A DNA stretch of 64,000 nucleotides. Source: Octopus sinensis. Its lineage: Eukaryota. The first letter of the stretch is position 1. Each line of letters starts with the position of its first letter. Below, piece after piece: positions 51,020 to 62,407 of this stretch. The position numbers were made by a program, and so were the translations under genes. Below the pieces are notes generated by a model. The model was not told the DNA's origin. It did not search any database and worked only from the letters and a program-made list of their open reading frames with translations. Location: positions 21,514,001 through 21,578,000 of the forward strand of contig NC_043014.1 in the NCBI RefSeq assembly GCF_006345805.1. Reading direction: 5' to 3'.

Positions 51020-51069
51020 TTCCACCATTGAATTTTGCTTTTTATAAAAAGCAAAATTCAATGGTGGAA
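51020..51069. repeat. Perfect 50-bp palindrome (no spacer)
   Basis: TTCCACCATTGAATTTTGCTTTTTA|TAAAAAGCAAAATTCAATGGTGGAA. Confidence 0.95.
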
Positions 51070-51677
51070 AGATTCAATTCTTTAGCATTTAAACCAGCCA
51101 TATCTAGCCCAAATATTCTGCCCATTTTATGTTCATAATAGCCAGATCCAATCATCTACACCTACCCTACAACACCATTCTAAAAATAACAGCAATTACG
51201 TAATCAAAATCTTGAAGCTACAAGATAATGCGTGACTAAATCAAAACAATCTGATAGAGTAATCTGAAAGCTCAACTCAGAACTAGTGGGATGCAAATAA
51301 ATACAAGGCCAGGCACACAACACCAGTAGAAGTGCGTGTATCAAAAACTATTTGATACTGAATAGAGAGGACAAGATGCGGGTATATAATCGAGGACTGT
51401 GTGAGAAATAAAATGTATAATGCTGTATAGTAGTTAATGTACAGGATTAAATGATAGTGTATGGTAGCAAATAAAGATATATGAGATGTAGGATGTGTGA
51501 TGTATGATAAAGGACTACATGAGGTGTGACAGAGTATGGCAGTGAACACAGAGGACTGAGGTGGGTGTAAGATGTGTGTTGTTAAGATGATTATGTAAGA
51601 TGTGTGATGTATATGGTGATAACTATAGAGACTGTGTATATGTGATAGTATATGTAAAATGTGTGTGTGTGTGTGTG

Positions 51678-52930
51678 TACCATAAAAACCGATGTAATTT
51701 ATGCACTTTTTTTTTCACAAAAATAAACTTCAGGGGGTGCATGAATTACATGAACAGATCATTTCTAGAATTTTCTTGAAATTGTTTTTTGTTGGTAAAA
51801 GATGTACGAAACAAACATTTGTACTGAAAGTTGACTCAATGTCAGAATAAGTTTTTACAGAAAAAGTATTAGCTTAAATATAATGAAGTTAACTTTTATT
51901 TATGTTGGACAGTATAATGCTTACTTCTTCTGTATAAAATTACAAAAACAATTTAATGGTTAACTACTTTATGAAGTCTGACGGTGGTAAACACAGTCTG
52001 GGCCATATCTTACATTGTTTGGAGTTTCTACCTATCAAAATGGAGCACCATTGACATACATAGTGACATGGATATTCTTGACTGAAAAAATGTAATATGG
52101 ATAATCTTGATTGTATGATTTTATTTTTGTCTGTTTATTACTAGGCACAGTTTTAAGTTTGTCATACAGTTTACGCCAATTTTGAACATTGGTTTCCTTA
52201 ACATTAAAATGCCTTTCGGCAGCTCTATTGCCGCATTCAAACGTATATTCAACACATTTAATTTCTCCTTTGCAGTAAGCGATTCATCACTTCTGCCCAT
52301 ACTGACAATAATGGTATGAAAAATTTTAAAGTTTGCTTGACATTTTATAAATGTGAAAGGGATTAAAATTTTGATAGTACAATTCAAAGGTTCCAATAAG
52401 AATAGGCAGAAAAGAATTGTTTACATAATCATTTTGATTAGTCACCTTCCTCCCTCAGTTGAGTAAAAGTGTCATCCAAGCTGATGCTTACTGGTAATTA
52501 AACTTAATTTGCAACACTTGTGTATATTTACCAGCTTTGTTTTTGTTGGTAATTCTTAACAACTTTTCCTGTGATCATGATTTGAGAAGACATACAGCAG
52601 TATGCTAAAGATTGGACATAATCTCTTGATGGCAAGAAATGTAAAATAAAGTTTATTATAAACAACACTTTGTAATTCAATAGCTTTCAATGTGATACTT
52701 GTTAAACAGAAATTATTTTTATTTAATGAAAATTTAATAAAATCTAATAAATAACTGAAATTATGCTAAATACAACTAAATTGAAAACCTTTTGCCCCTG
52801 GTTATATCAACAATTCTGAAAACTTTCAGGTACAAATTTTACATGTGTAGAAGCTTTTTTTAACAAATTTTATCCAGAAAATCACCTGCATAAATGCACG
52901 GGTGTGCAAATTACATGGGTTTTTATGGTA
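51678..52930 (-). mobile_element. Non-autonomous pogo-like (Tc1/mariner superfamily) DNA transposon
   Basis: TIRs TACCATAAAAACC(G/C)ATGTAATTT at both ends with terminal TA. Frameshifted N-terminal HTH SLTAKEKLNV.EYTFECGNRAAERHFNVKETNVQNWRKLYDKLK at ~52150-52300. Confidence 0.8.
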
Positions 52931-53251
52931 TATGGAGGTGTGTAAGACATGATTATAACTGGTAGTGAATGTAGAGGACTATATGAGATGTAATGTGCAT
53001 GAAGGTGTATGGTAGCAGAAATAGAGGACTATATGTGGTGTTTGTAAAATGTAGGATATAGTATTTGGTAATAAATATAGAGGATTGTGTGTGTGATAAT
53101 GTATGACTGCAGAGACGAAAGAGTACATCGTCAAGAGATCTGAAGAGACGATGAATTGCAGACTTGTCCAACCCATGTCAAAATAAACAAAACAGGTGCC
53201 AAAGCAACAACAACAACAATTATGATAATATAATGAATAAATGTCAATTAC

Positions 53252-54516
53252 CATCTGGGCTGAAGCTTTTTGGTTCACAGAACACAGCCACACATCCTCC
53301 ATAGTTGGCAGGAAATGTATCAGCATTGTCAAGACGATATTTCTTAAAAGACCCTTTAAATGGTAGACGGTTGAAGAGGAAGTCAACATGACAATGGGAA
53401 TCTATAAAGGAATTAGCAAGGTTTGAACATTTGTCCAGAAACATTTTCTTCCAGTTTTTACCATAGCTAGGGATACTGCTGCTACAACTACTACTACTAC
53501 TGCTGCTGCTACTGCTTGTGTTATACAAGCTCATGTGGTTATCTACCAAGGATCTAGAGAAGGGGAAAGCTTCAGAGAGTTTCTTACGAGAGTGTTTTTT
53601 CCATTTGTAGTATTGCGGTGTCCCTGACAATGACTTGGAAAGTCTCTCTAGTTTATGCTGTGATAAGTATTTCTCAAACTTCCAACGTTTACTGGTGCTG
53701 TCAGAGGTTTGATTCCCCATAGAACTTTTCACAGATAGAGGTGTTGATGTTAAGAAGTTCAGTTGGGTTTGTGGAGGGGTCAAAGACCTTGATGCATCCT
53801 TTGGCAAAGTGACAGGTGACGCAAATAGTGATGTGTTGCAATTTGGAGAAACAAGCATTTTAGACCAATTGGCATCGGATCTGTAATGGGCTCTTTCTTC
53901 TTTGTTGAAACTGGAACTCGTGGAATAAGTATGACGCCTTCTTCTTTTTGGACTGCTGCTAGCTATGCTTTTGTAACTGTGCAACTTAGGGCTAGAACAA
54001 TGTCTGTGGCTGTTTTTCACATCTAGAGAATACCGACTTCTTTTAGTCTTGTGTATATTTTCATTTTCTTCACAACAACCAGATTTTGAGAATGAATCAC
54101 TTTTAACAGGTGTCACATCCTGTTCTATGGAATCAGAACTCTTAGAAATTGATGACAGGGATTTTCTGCGATTGAACTTGGATGTTTTAGTGGCCATTTG
54201 GCTGTGATTTGGAGACAAACTATTGATGTAATCAGAATAATAATAATTAGGTGTTGGAATATAACTTAGTTTGCCTTCTTGGGTCACATCAACAATGAAG
54301 AAAGAAGATTCTGAAGCAGAACAAGATGAAGAACCCGTAGAGAGTGGATTTACTCCAGACTTATATACATCCAATATTCCTTTACTGAGTGTGGATTCCC
54401 TCTGGATATCTTGAGCCAAAACGTTGTTACTCAAACTCTGGATAGAATTACTGTAGAGCCAAGAAAAACTTCGATACAGAACATTCTTGAAGTATTCAGA
54501 AGAATTCAAAGTAAAT
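53252..54516 (-). CDS. TATDN2: TatD-family DNase (TATDN2-like), large exon: Ser/Arg-rich disordered N-terminal region plus start of the TatD domain
   Basis: Acceptor tttataatttcag at 54517 and donor G|gtaatt at 53251. The 421-codon open frame ends ...FIDSHCHVDFLFNRL...GGCVAVFCEPKSFSPD, which contains the TatD HxH metal-binding motif. A long N-terminal extension is the TATDN2 architecture. Confidence 0.9.
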
Positions 54517-55062
54517 CTGAAATTATAAATGAAAAGATTTGTCACTCAGTCTGAATTGCTAGTTAGTTGGATAGATTTACCTCTAACCAATGTTAAAGGT
54601 AATGTTTAATCCTGCCACTATATTGTCAATTAACAAAAAAAACTGGCTAGATCTGACCTCTCACACATATCCTGCAATATCTTTCTAAACCTAAACAATC
54701 ACATCATGAAAATATCTTAGCTACAAGATAAAGCATGACTAATTCGAAACAATGTGAATAAATAAGCATCACATTTGACAGAGTAATCTGAATGCTAAAG
54801 GTTTAAGTGGGTTAGTAACATGGGATCTGATACAATGTAAAGAGGGCTGGTAACCTGGGACTTGGTCCAGTTTTGAATGGGCTGATATTGAAAGGGTTAA
54901 CAACGACATAGATGAAGTTGGTGATGATTATGATTGCATTGTTACTAGTTAATAAAAATGTCAATGATTGCAACAGCAATAGTAACAGTGGTTGTCAGAG
55001 TAATGACACCAGAAATAATAACAGTGGTAAGGATGATGGCAGACACTAACAAAGATACTTAC

Positions 55063-55120
55063 AGGGATAAAATCTGCAACTGAGGAACAGTCTTGTTTAC
55101 CAATCTCGTTGAAAGTAAAT
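55063..55120 (-). CDS. Candidate upstream TATDN2-like exon (58 nt, phase 1-2)
   Basis: ctatctctttgcag acceptor and gtaagt donor. Open in the frame (LLSTRLVNKTVPQLQILS) that splices in phase to 54516. Confidence 0.5.
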
Positions 55121-56539
55121 CTGCAAAGAGATAGAACTTTCTTAGAAACTTGTGCACATTTCAGTTCTCAGAGTGAGAGAGGGAAACAGAGAGGTGAAAG
55201 GAGAATAAAAAAAATAATAACAATAAAAGAGTGGTTTCCCCATTAGACAACAAGCTCATACATTCAACAGCAACAAAAATTTTAATGACCAAATGAACAT
55301 TTCACTTATTGGATTCTATATCATCCTCAGAAGTTTGGTGTCCAATCCAGGAGTTTTATCACCTAGTCACCAGAGATAAATGAGATAGTACTAGACACAC
55401 AACACCCTCAGATCATATTGGATCATTACTTGCTCAACGGGGATAAATAAATAATTATTTCAGGGAAAGGTTATAATCAACAGACTAGTGACTTATCTGG
55501 TAGGGAGAAATATTAGTGGAAAGAACAGTAGAAAATATTCTGGGTTCAAATTCTCTCAAATTACAAGATGAAAAGCAGAGATGCAATGGTGGTTAAAGCA
55601 ACTGTAATTTAGTCTATAATGATATGGTATCTTCATTTTAGAGATAGCTGTCATCATTTACAACAAAGTCAACAAAGGAGCCCAAATTTTCGCAAATCAT
55701 ACCCTACAAACGTAGAAAAAATACAAAAGGATGATTTAGCCTAAAGCAGTCCAAAATATTTTTTTAAAAAAAGGACAATGGTCACGATTGGAACGTCTTT
55801 GACAATAGTTCTAATCAATCAGGATTGACTTGAGTTAAATAACATCAACAATGTATAACATCAAACTCCCTACCATCACCACCACCACTACTATTATCAT
55901 CATCATCATAACAGTATTAAACAAGATATTTACCAATCTCCATTACTGTTGTCGAGCAGTTTCTGACGTTTAACCAAACTATATTATAGTTTCCTTGTCT
56001 ATCGATCTCTCTGTTTCTCAATATTTTCCATTCTAAGATCTTAATATATATTTCTTGTAGAGGTTCAATCACAGGACAAATCGATGTTGTTTAAACACAG
56101 ATACACACACAAGTTGGTTATTGTACGCTGGATACCTTTACTTTGTTCGTCCACCAAACTATCTCAACAGCTTATCAGTATATGTACCTACCTATCTGTA
56201 TGTCATTGTCTATCGGTCGTCTGGTCAGTCCATTTATCGATATCTAAGTCTACTTCTATGTCACTGTCTACCTTACCTTGCCGGCTATTTGTCTTATCAG
56301 TCAGTCAGTCTGTTTATATCTCTTTCTGTCCCACCTCCGACTAAACCCTCTCTTGCTCTTATTGTCTATTTGTCTTTATCTAATTACCTGTCTATCGATT
56401 CAAATCCAAACCCCTCCATCCCCTCTAATATCACAATCCTCCATCTCCTCCCCACTTTCCCCCTCTCTCAACTCCCTATATATCTTTCTCTACTATTACT
56501 ACTACCTTCCCTCCGCCCACCAGACAACAAACGTCTTAC

Positions 56540-56609
56540 AAACGCCGTCGAAACTTTGAAATAACCGCTGACTGAGTCCGGCTGTAATCTCAGTTCGAAC
56601 TCATATCAT
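56540..56609 (-). other. Candidate first exon (3' part) of the TATDN2-like gene
   Basis: GTTT|gtaaga donor at 56539 in CpG-richer unique sequence. Contains ATG ATA TGA followed by 20 open codons in the TATDN2 frame. Confidence 0.4.
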
Positions 56610-58088
56610 TGTAGATAGGAATGAATACACACACAAATGAAAACCTCAGCTATATAATGCTTACATGTTGCTGAATTTCTATAGATGATGGTGTTGTATT
56701 ATTATCACCATTATGAAATTGCCCTCTTGAAAAATATTTCCAAAGTATCTACCGGACAAACCTTACGATTTCGGCAGCAAACGTAAAAAGCAAGACGGTC
56801 ACATTGGTTTTGTTATTGATTTAGATGGGGCTATGTATATGCAGATCGCAGGGCCTCTGAGTCAGATAAAACAGATGAGTTAAGGATATTTAGGTTTTCA
56901 TGATGTAATTTAACTTCCTAAGAAACAATAACAGTATAGAAAATATATCAAACCATTCCAATGGTTATGATAGAAAAAATTATATACTAACAAATGATTT
57001 CTGTAACATATTCTACTAATATGAGGAGTGTATAATCGATTATATCGACTTGTAATTGAGTGGTCCTTTATTTTACCGACCACAACGGGATTTGAACACA
57101 AGATTTTACACGGGCGAAATAAGGAAATCAATTCCCAAGAACGAAAGTATAATTACAAATGCAAATAAATGATTTACTTAAGAACTTGAAATGAAAACAT
57201 TGTACCGATTCTTTTGTTATTAAATGAGTCTTCGAATGCAATGGAACCGAATTCACAATATTTAGAAACACAACTAAAAAACACTGCAAAACGTTGGCCA
57301 GAATCAATTAATCACAATGTCAATTTGGGATGGAAAGGAAAAAATCGGTTAAAATGACTAGTACTTTTATCCATACCCCGGCAAAATGAAAGGCTATCTG
57401 GTGAACTTGACTGCGATTTGAACTCAGAATATAAAAGGACGCAATGTTTTGGCATTTGCAAAGATATCGCACGAGATTGAACAGAAGCCATGCGGTATAC
57501 GCAAATGTGCAGCATTGATTAAATGGAGGTTGTGATATACCTCCTCTTCCTTAATGGATCGGTTTGAGGAAGAGTAGAGATAGGGCGTTAATAGAGAGGT
57601 AAAAAGAAAAGAAAAATAACAGAGAGGTAGAAAGAGTAATACTTTGCAGATTTTAGCATAAGACCACCAATTTTGAAGGAATGGGACGATCGAACACAGT
57701 ACTCAACTGGTCCATATAGCGATCCCGAAGAAATGAAAGGTGCAGTCAATCTCGACGGAAATTTGAACTCATAAAGAGACGGAAGAAATGCTGCTAAGCA
57801 TTTTAGCCGATGCGTTAAAGATTCTGCCAGTTCGCTACCTTTAGCAAGAGTAACAGAATAGGAGAAAACAGGAAAGAGGAGTGACAGACAAAGAAAATAA
57901 ATGTAGCTGGGGTGGGGGAGAAGAGGAAAGTGAGTGATAGACAACATGCAAGAGAAGTGAGAAAGTTATAACAGAAGAGAGTGAAAAAATGAAAGGATAA
58001 GATATTGAATATAAAAAAACAGAAGTAGGGGGAATTGGGCAAAAAAACAAAGATGAGGAAGAAAGGCGTACAGTCTGAACACTTTTAA

Positions 58089-58144
<56 letters not shown>

Positions 58145-60414
58145 TAATATACATAGGTGAAGGCTAGACATATGCTACCAAAAAAGGTAACAATTCCCTT
58201 TCGCTCAGAAAAGGGTATTGTGTATCTTGTCTATATGTGTCATCAGAAGGGGTAAGGTAAACGAAACAAGCACAGCAGGGGTCTTTAGGCTTCAACAAAA
58301 ATTTGAATATTTTCGTAAACAAATGTGGTTATAAACTCCTTGATGTCAGTACAGATGTATCCCAATCATAAGCGATGTGTCACCAGTACCTGCAGCCCAG
58401 ACAGGCAATGTCATCGCCGTCCAAACATGCCCTTACCACAAACCAGCGTGAGGGCTATTAAGAGTTCGCTCGATCTGCTAGAAATAGCAGTCAAATTTCT
58501 CTCAAACCACACCCAACCGTTTTAAAGGAAGGAAAGACACATTGGATAATGCAGTTCTTAAAAATACCAAATGATGCAGATGGCCATCGATGGAATGTTT
58601 CTTCAAAGGTTTGCACTAAGTTGATCAGACATGGAAGCGTCCCTATGGTAGTTCAATCTCTCTAATAACATCACGTCTTACCAATTTAATAAAAAGAAGG
58701 ACACGTTGGAGAATGTAATCCGAGGTAGAAAATAATAAGTATTCAGGCCTGAAATAAAATAGATCTTGGTCCAATTCCCAACCACGAGTTTCCAGTTGTT
58801 CGATCAACTACCAAATTCTTTGAATTAGCTTGTATGTGGCTGTGTATTCCACAGATATGAGTGTCCTTAATGTAATTTTGGGACAGAATCAGCGAGACAA
58901 GATCGAATCTTTAAATTACAAGCCCAACACACTTGACGGGGTTCCACACACAGTTCCTATCCATCCAGTTTGATTCACAAGGCATACATTGAGCCCAACC
59001 CGTAGATTAAGAGATATTTGCCCAAGATATCTTAGATCAAATCCTGGACCTTGTGATTGAGAAACGAATATTCACTACACTGCATCTACAATATAGTATG
59101 TGTGGAAAAAAGACGAAATGGTCAGAGCTAGAATGTCTTTAATCATAAATCTGCCCAATTAAAGCCGACTTCAGATGTTCATTTTTTTTCTCTTTTTTTT
59201 TTTTGTAACTTGTGTGTAAGTTCAAAGTTTCCTTTCATCTTCGAGAGAATTTTCGTTTAGATAATTAAAATTTTCCCAGAAAGATGAAAGGAAGATTTAA
59301 ACTTTCATCCACCTCTCAGCTGTATGCAATAAGTGGATGACAGCAAAATCATAGCAGTACTGTTTCACCCTGGTAACACAACACCGGCCAAAAATACAAG
59401 TTTTTGCATCATGTGAGGCAATTCTCGTAAGTAAAATAATAAACTATATGGTTTACCTAAAAGAAGATAAAGTCGAATTTAAATTATATAATGTAGTTTA
59501 TGGAGGATCATCTTATGATTTTTTTAATTTTATACCTGTATACTGTCACAATATTGTATCTACATGCAATAAATCAGACACATTTCCTTCAACGAAACCA
59601 CTTTAAATGATGAAACCTATTAAACTTGCTTTCTTCTACAAAATATACTTGTACATTAGGGATGCGTTTCGTACACTGACAAGTATGGTAACCTGGAAGA
59701 AACGAAGATCTGATTTTATGCAAATAAGCCCCAACTGCAATTAAGGTGCAGGGAAGAAGAGAATGAATGTTGTTAATGTAACACAAACTAATCAAAAGAA
59801 AAAAAATCTAGCCTTCAACTACGCGACAATGCTAATATCTTACACAGGCACAAAGCCAGAAATTTTGTGTAAGTCAGTTAAATCGACTACAATACTTGAA
59901 TGGAACTATAGTTTTGTAGGCCATGGTAGGTACAGTTTCAGCCTATCACAAGGTATTTTATCCGATGCTCTTGCCTTCGCATGAATAATATACGTAAGGT
60001 TCCTTAGAACAAAACACTTAAAGGCTTTTTACAGAAATCGTTTATATGGCTTTTTTATGTTTCAAAAGGTTTTTATGTTTTTATCCAATCGATTATTAAG
60101 GACGAATGATTGATTGGTTGGTAAAGCTGGTTACCATAAAAACATTGCTTTTATATATTTTAACACTTATTTGCTCTATATGTATTTTCAGCGTGAGTAT
60201 CTTTAACATCAGACGGTCTTCTGTAATAGCTAAAACTACGAATTGATGTCGATAAGCCTGCTTCCGCTTGTAGAAAACAGCCGAAATTATAAATATAGAT
60301 GTGTTAAGGTTAGGTATTCAATAACAGCTGCCTACCTACAACAATTCACTATTTCAGTGGTAGGTTTTAAATAATCAATAGCTGTTAGTTATCGATAAAG
60401 GTCGTACAACCTAC

Positions 60415-60687
60415 CTTTTCAATCAAACTCCACTTGGTGTCCAGTTTTTCTCCTAAACATGTCTCCCGCCTCCATTTTCTTTTATTCTCAAAAGTATTTT
60501 GATTATTTTTAACGTGTTTATTATTATTCAGTTGTATACCAGTGTGTTGATTGTTTTGAAGTAAATCATGTGTGTTATTAGTAATGTATGCGTTAAATAC
60601 AGAATTGAGAGAAATCAACACTAGCCACAGAGACACAAGAGTACCAATACAGATTAGCTTGTAGATAATAAACGGAATGATATTCAT
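60415..60687 (-). CDS. Candidate first coding exon of an unknown membrane/secreted protein
   Basis: ATG with -3 A; hydrophobic IIYKLICIGTLVSLWLVLISLNSVF followed by a polar stem; strong AAG|gtaggt donor after 91 codons. No downstream exon identified. Confidence 0.3.
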
Positions 60688-61603
60688 TTATATTTATTAT
60701 TTGCAGTAGAATGAAATCCCATCAAGGCCTTTATGAGGAAAAGTAGAATCGCAGAATTCGGGGAAAATGATTTACAGAATTTACTTAATCTAATTCTGTG
60801 TGCAAATGCAGTCAGCTTGATCCATCTCACAAAACCATTCCCTTTCATTCGAGCCCTTTGCTGGCAAAGTCCACCGAGTACGAAATATAGATTATCTCTT
60901 AAAAAATCATACGGTGAGCGTGTTACCATTTTAACAATCTGTCGTACTGCGAATAGGCTCGGTATTTACAAAACCTTTCAGTTGTAGTCACAGGTGTGGC
61001 TGTATGTTTAAGAAGTTTGCTTCCCAACCACAGGATTACAGGTTCAGTCTCACTTGCGTGGCACATTGGGCAAGTGCCTTCTACTATAGCCTCGGGTCGA
61101 CTTGTGAGTGAATTTGGTAGACGGAAACTGAAAGAAGCCTGTCATGTGTATGTGTGTATCTGCATATGTATGGTATATATATGCATACATGTCTGAGTGT
61201 GTGTCTCCTTGACATCACGTCATAGTTGTAAATGATTGTCACTGTCATACAAGCAGTGTCGTTCATTTTCTACTTAAACATGTCTGGCCACTGGGAAATA
61301 TTACTTTGCTTGGAAACAGGTGAGGATTGGCGACAGGAATGACATCCGGTCGTAGAAAACCTGCCTCAATGAACTCCATCTGACCCACACAGGCTTGGGA
61401 AAGTAGACGCTAAAACGATGGTGATATTTTAAAACAAAGATAAAACTAGAGACTTGTAGTAGTAAATAAATAAATGCATCAATGAGAACTAACGGTTGGC
61501 AAAGATAACAGAGGATCTGTCATAAGTGAGCTGAAAACACCTACAGAAGTAGTGGATGAGAAATATAACTATGTATGACCTTTTTGGTCAATATACAATT
61601 TAA

Positions 61604-62407
61604 GCCCTGGTAACAAAAAAAAAAAAAAAATTTTTTTTTAAAACAAGCCTACAATCATAAAGACATATCTGGGGAAAATGTTTTCCAAAGAGGTGGGGAG
61701 AGGATTTCAGAAAATTCACATGATCAGTTTTTTTCCCTCATAACTTTCAGGGAAATGGATATCTTTTAGTGAAATTTTACAGAAATACCTTTCAAATGGC
61801 ATAGATTATGATTATAAAATTTGTGGGGAAAATGTTTTCCTGAAAATTGAGGGGAAAAAATCAGACCAATTTTCCAAAACTCCTCTCCCCAGCACCCTTC
61901 ATTCATTTGCGCAATTTTTTTTTCATATTCGTTTTTTACACCTGTTAGACTTTTTTTTTTTTTTTTGGTGACCGGGCACAAAATGAGATCCTGAAAGTTA
62001 GGGAAAAAACGGATCATGTGAACTTTCCAACAACCCCTTCGGAAAACATTTTCCCCACAATATTCTTTATAATTGTAATCTATGTTGTTTGAAAAGTGTT
62101 TCTGCAAAATTTCTTTGAAAGATATCCATTTTCCTGATGAGGAAAACAAACGGATTGTGTGAATTTTCCAAAATCATCTCCCTATTCTTTCTGAAAACAA
62201 TTTCTTTATGATCATAATCTGTGCCATTTGAACGGTATTTCTATAAACTTTCATTAATATATATCCATATATCAAGGTCGGATCTTGTGAATTTTCTGAA
62301 AGTCTTCCCTTTCCCGTTCATTTGCACAAATTTTTGTTTCCATATTAGTTTTCTACACATTTTTTTTAAACCTAGTAGGATGTTTTTTTTTTTATCGTGA
62401 CCAGGGC
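61604..62407. mobile_element. TTAA-flanked non-autonomous DNA transposon with internal ~150-bp repeats
   Basis: TTAA|GCCCTGGTAAC(A)n ... (T)nATCGTGACCAGGGC|TTAA; internal unit present in both orientations. Confidence 0.7.

Noticed and set aside
53110-53165. GAC-GAAA-GAG-TA...CTGAAGA-GAC (type II hammerhead order)
   Set aside because: Stems II and III cannot pair.
54516-54545. ORF-track start (MTNLFIYNFR) for the TatD ORF
   Set aside because: The start is a GTG lying 29 nt upstream of a good splice acceptor, so this part is interpreted as intronic.
56720-56883. ~50-codon + strand open frame (KIFPKYLPDKPYDFGSKRKKQDGHIGFVIDLDG...)
   Set aside because: No start codon or splice sites and no recognisable family; it lies in the likely promoter region.
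58200-58250. CTGATGA...GCGAAA on the - strand
   Set aside because: No stem II complementarity between the core motifs.
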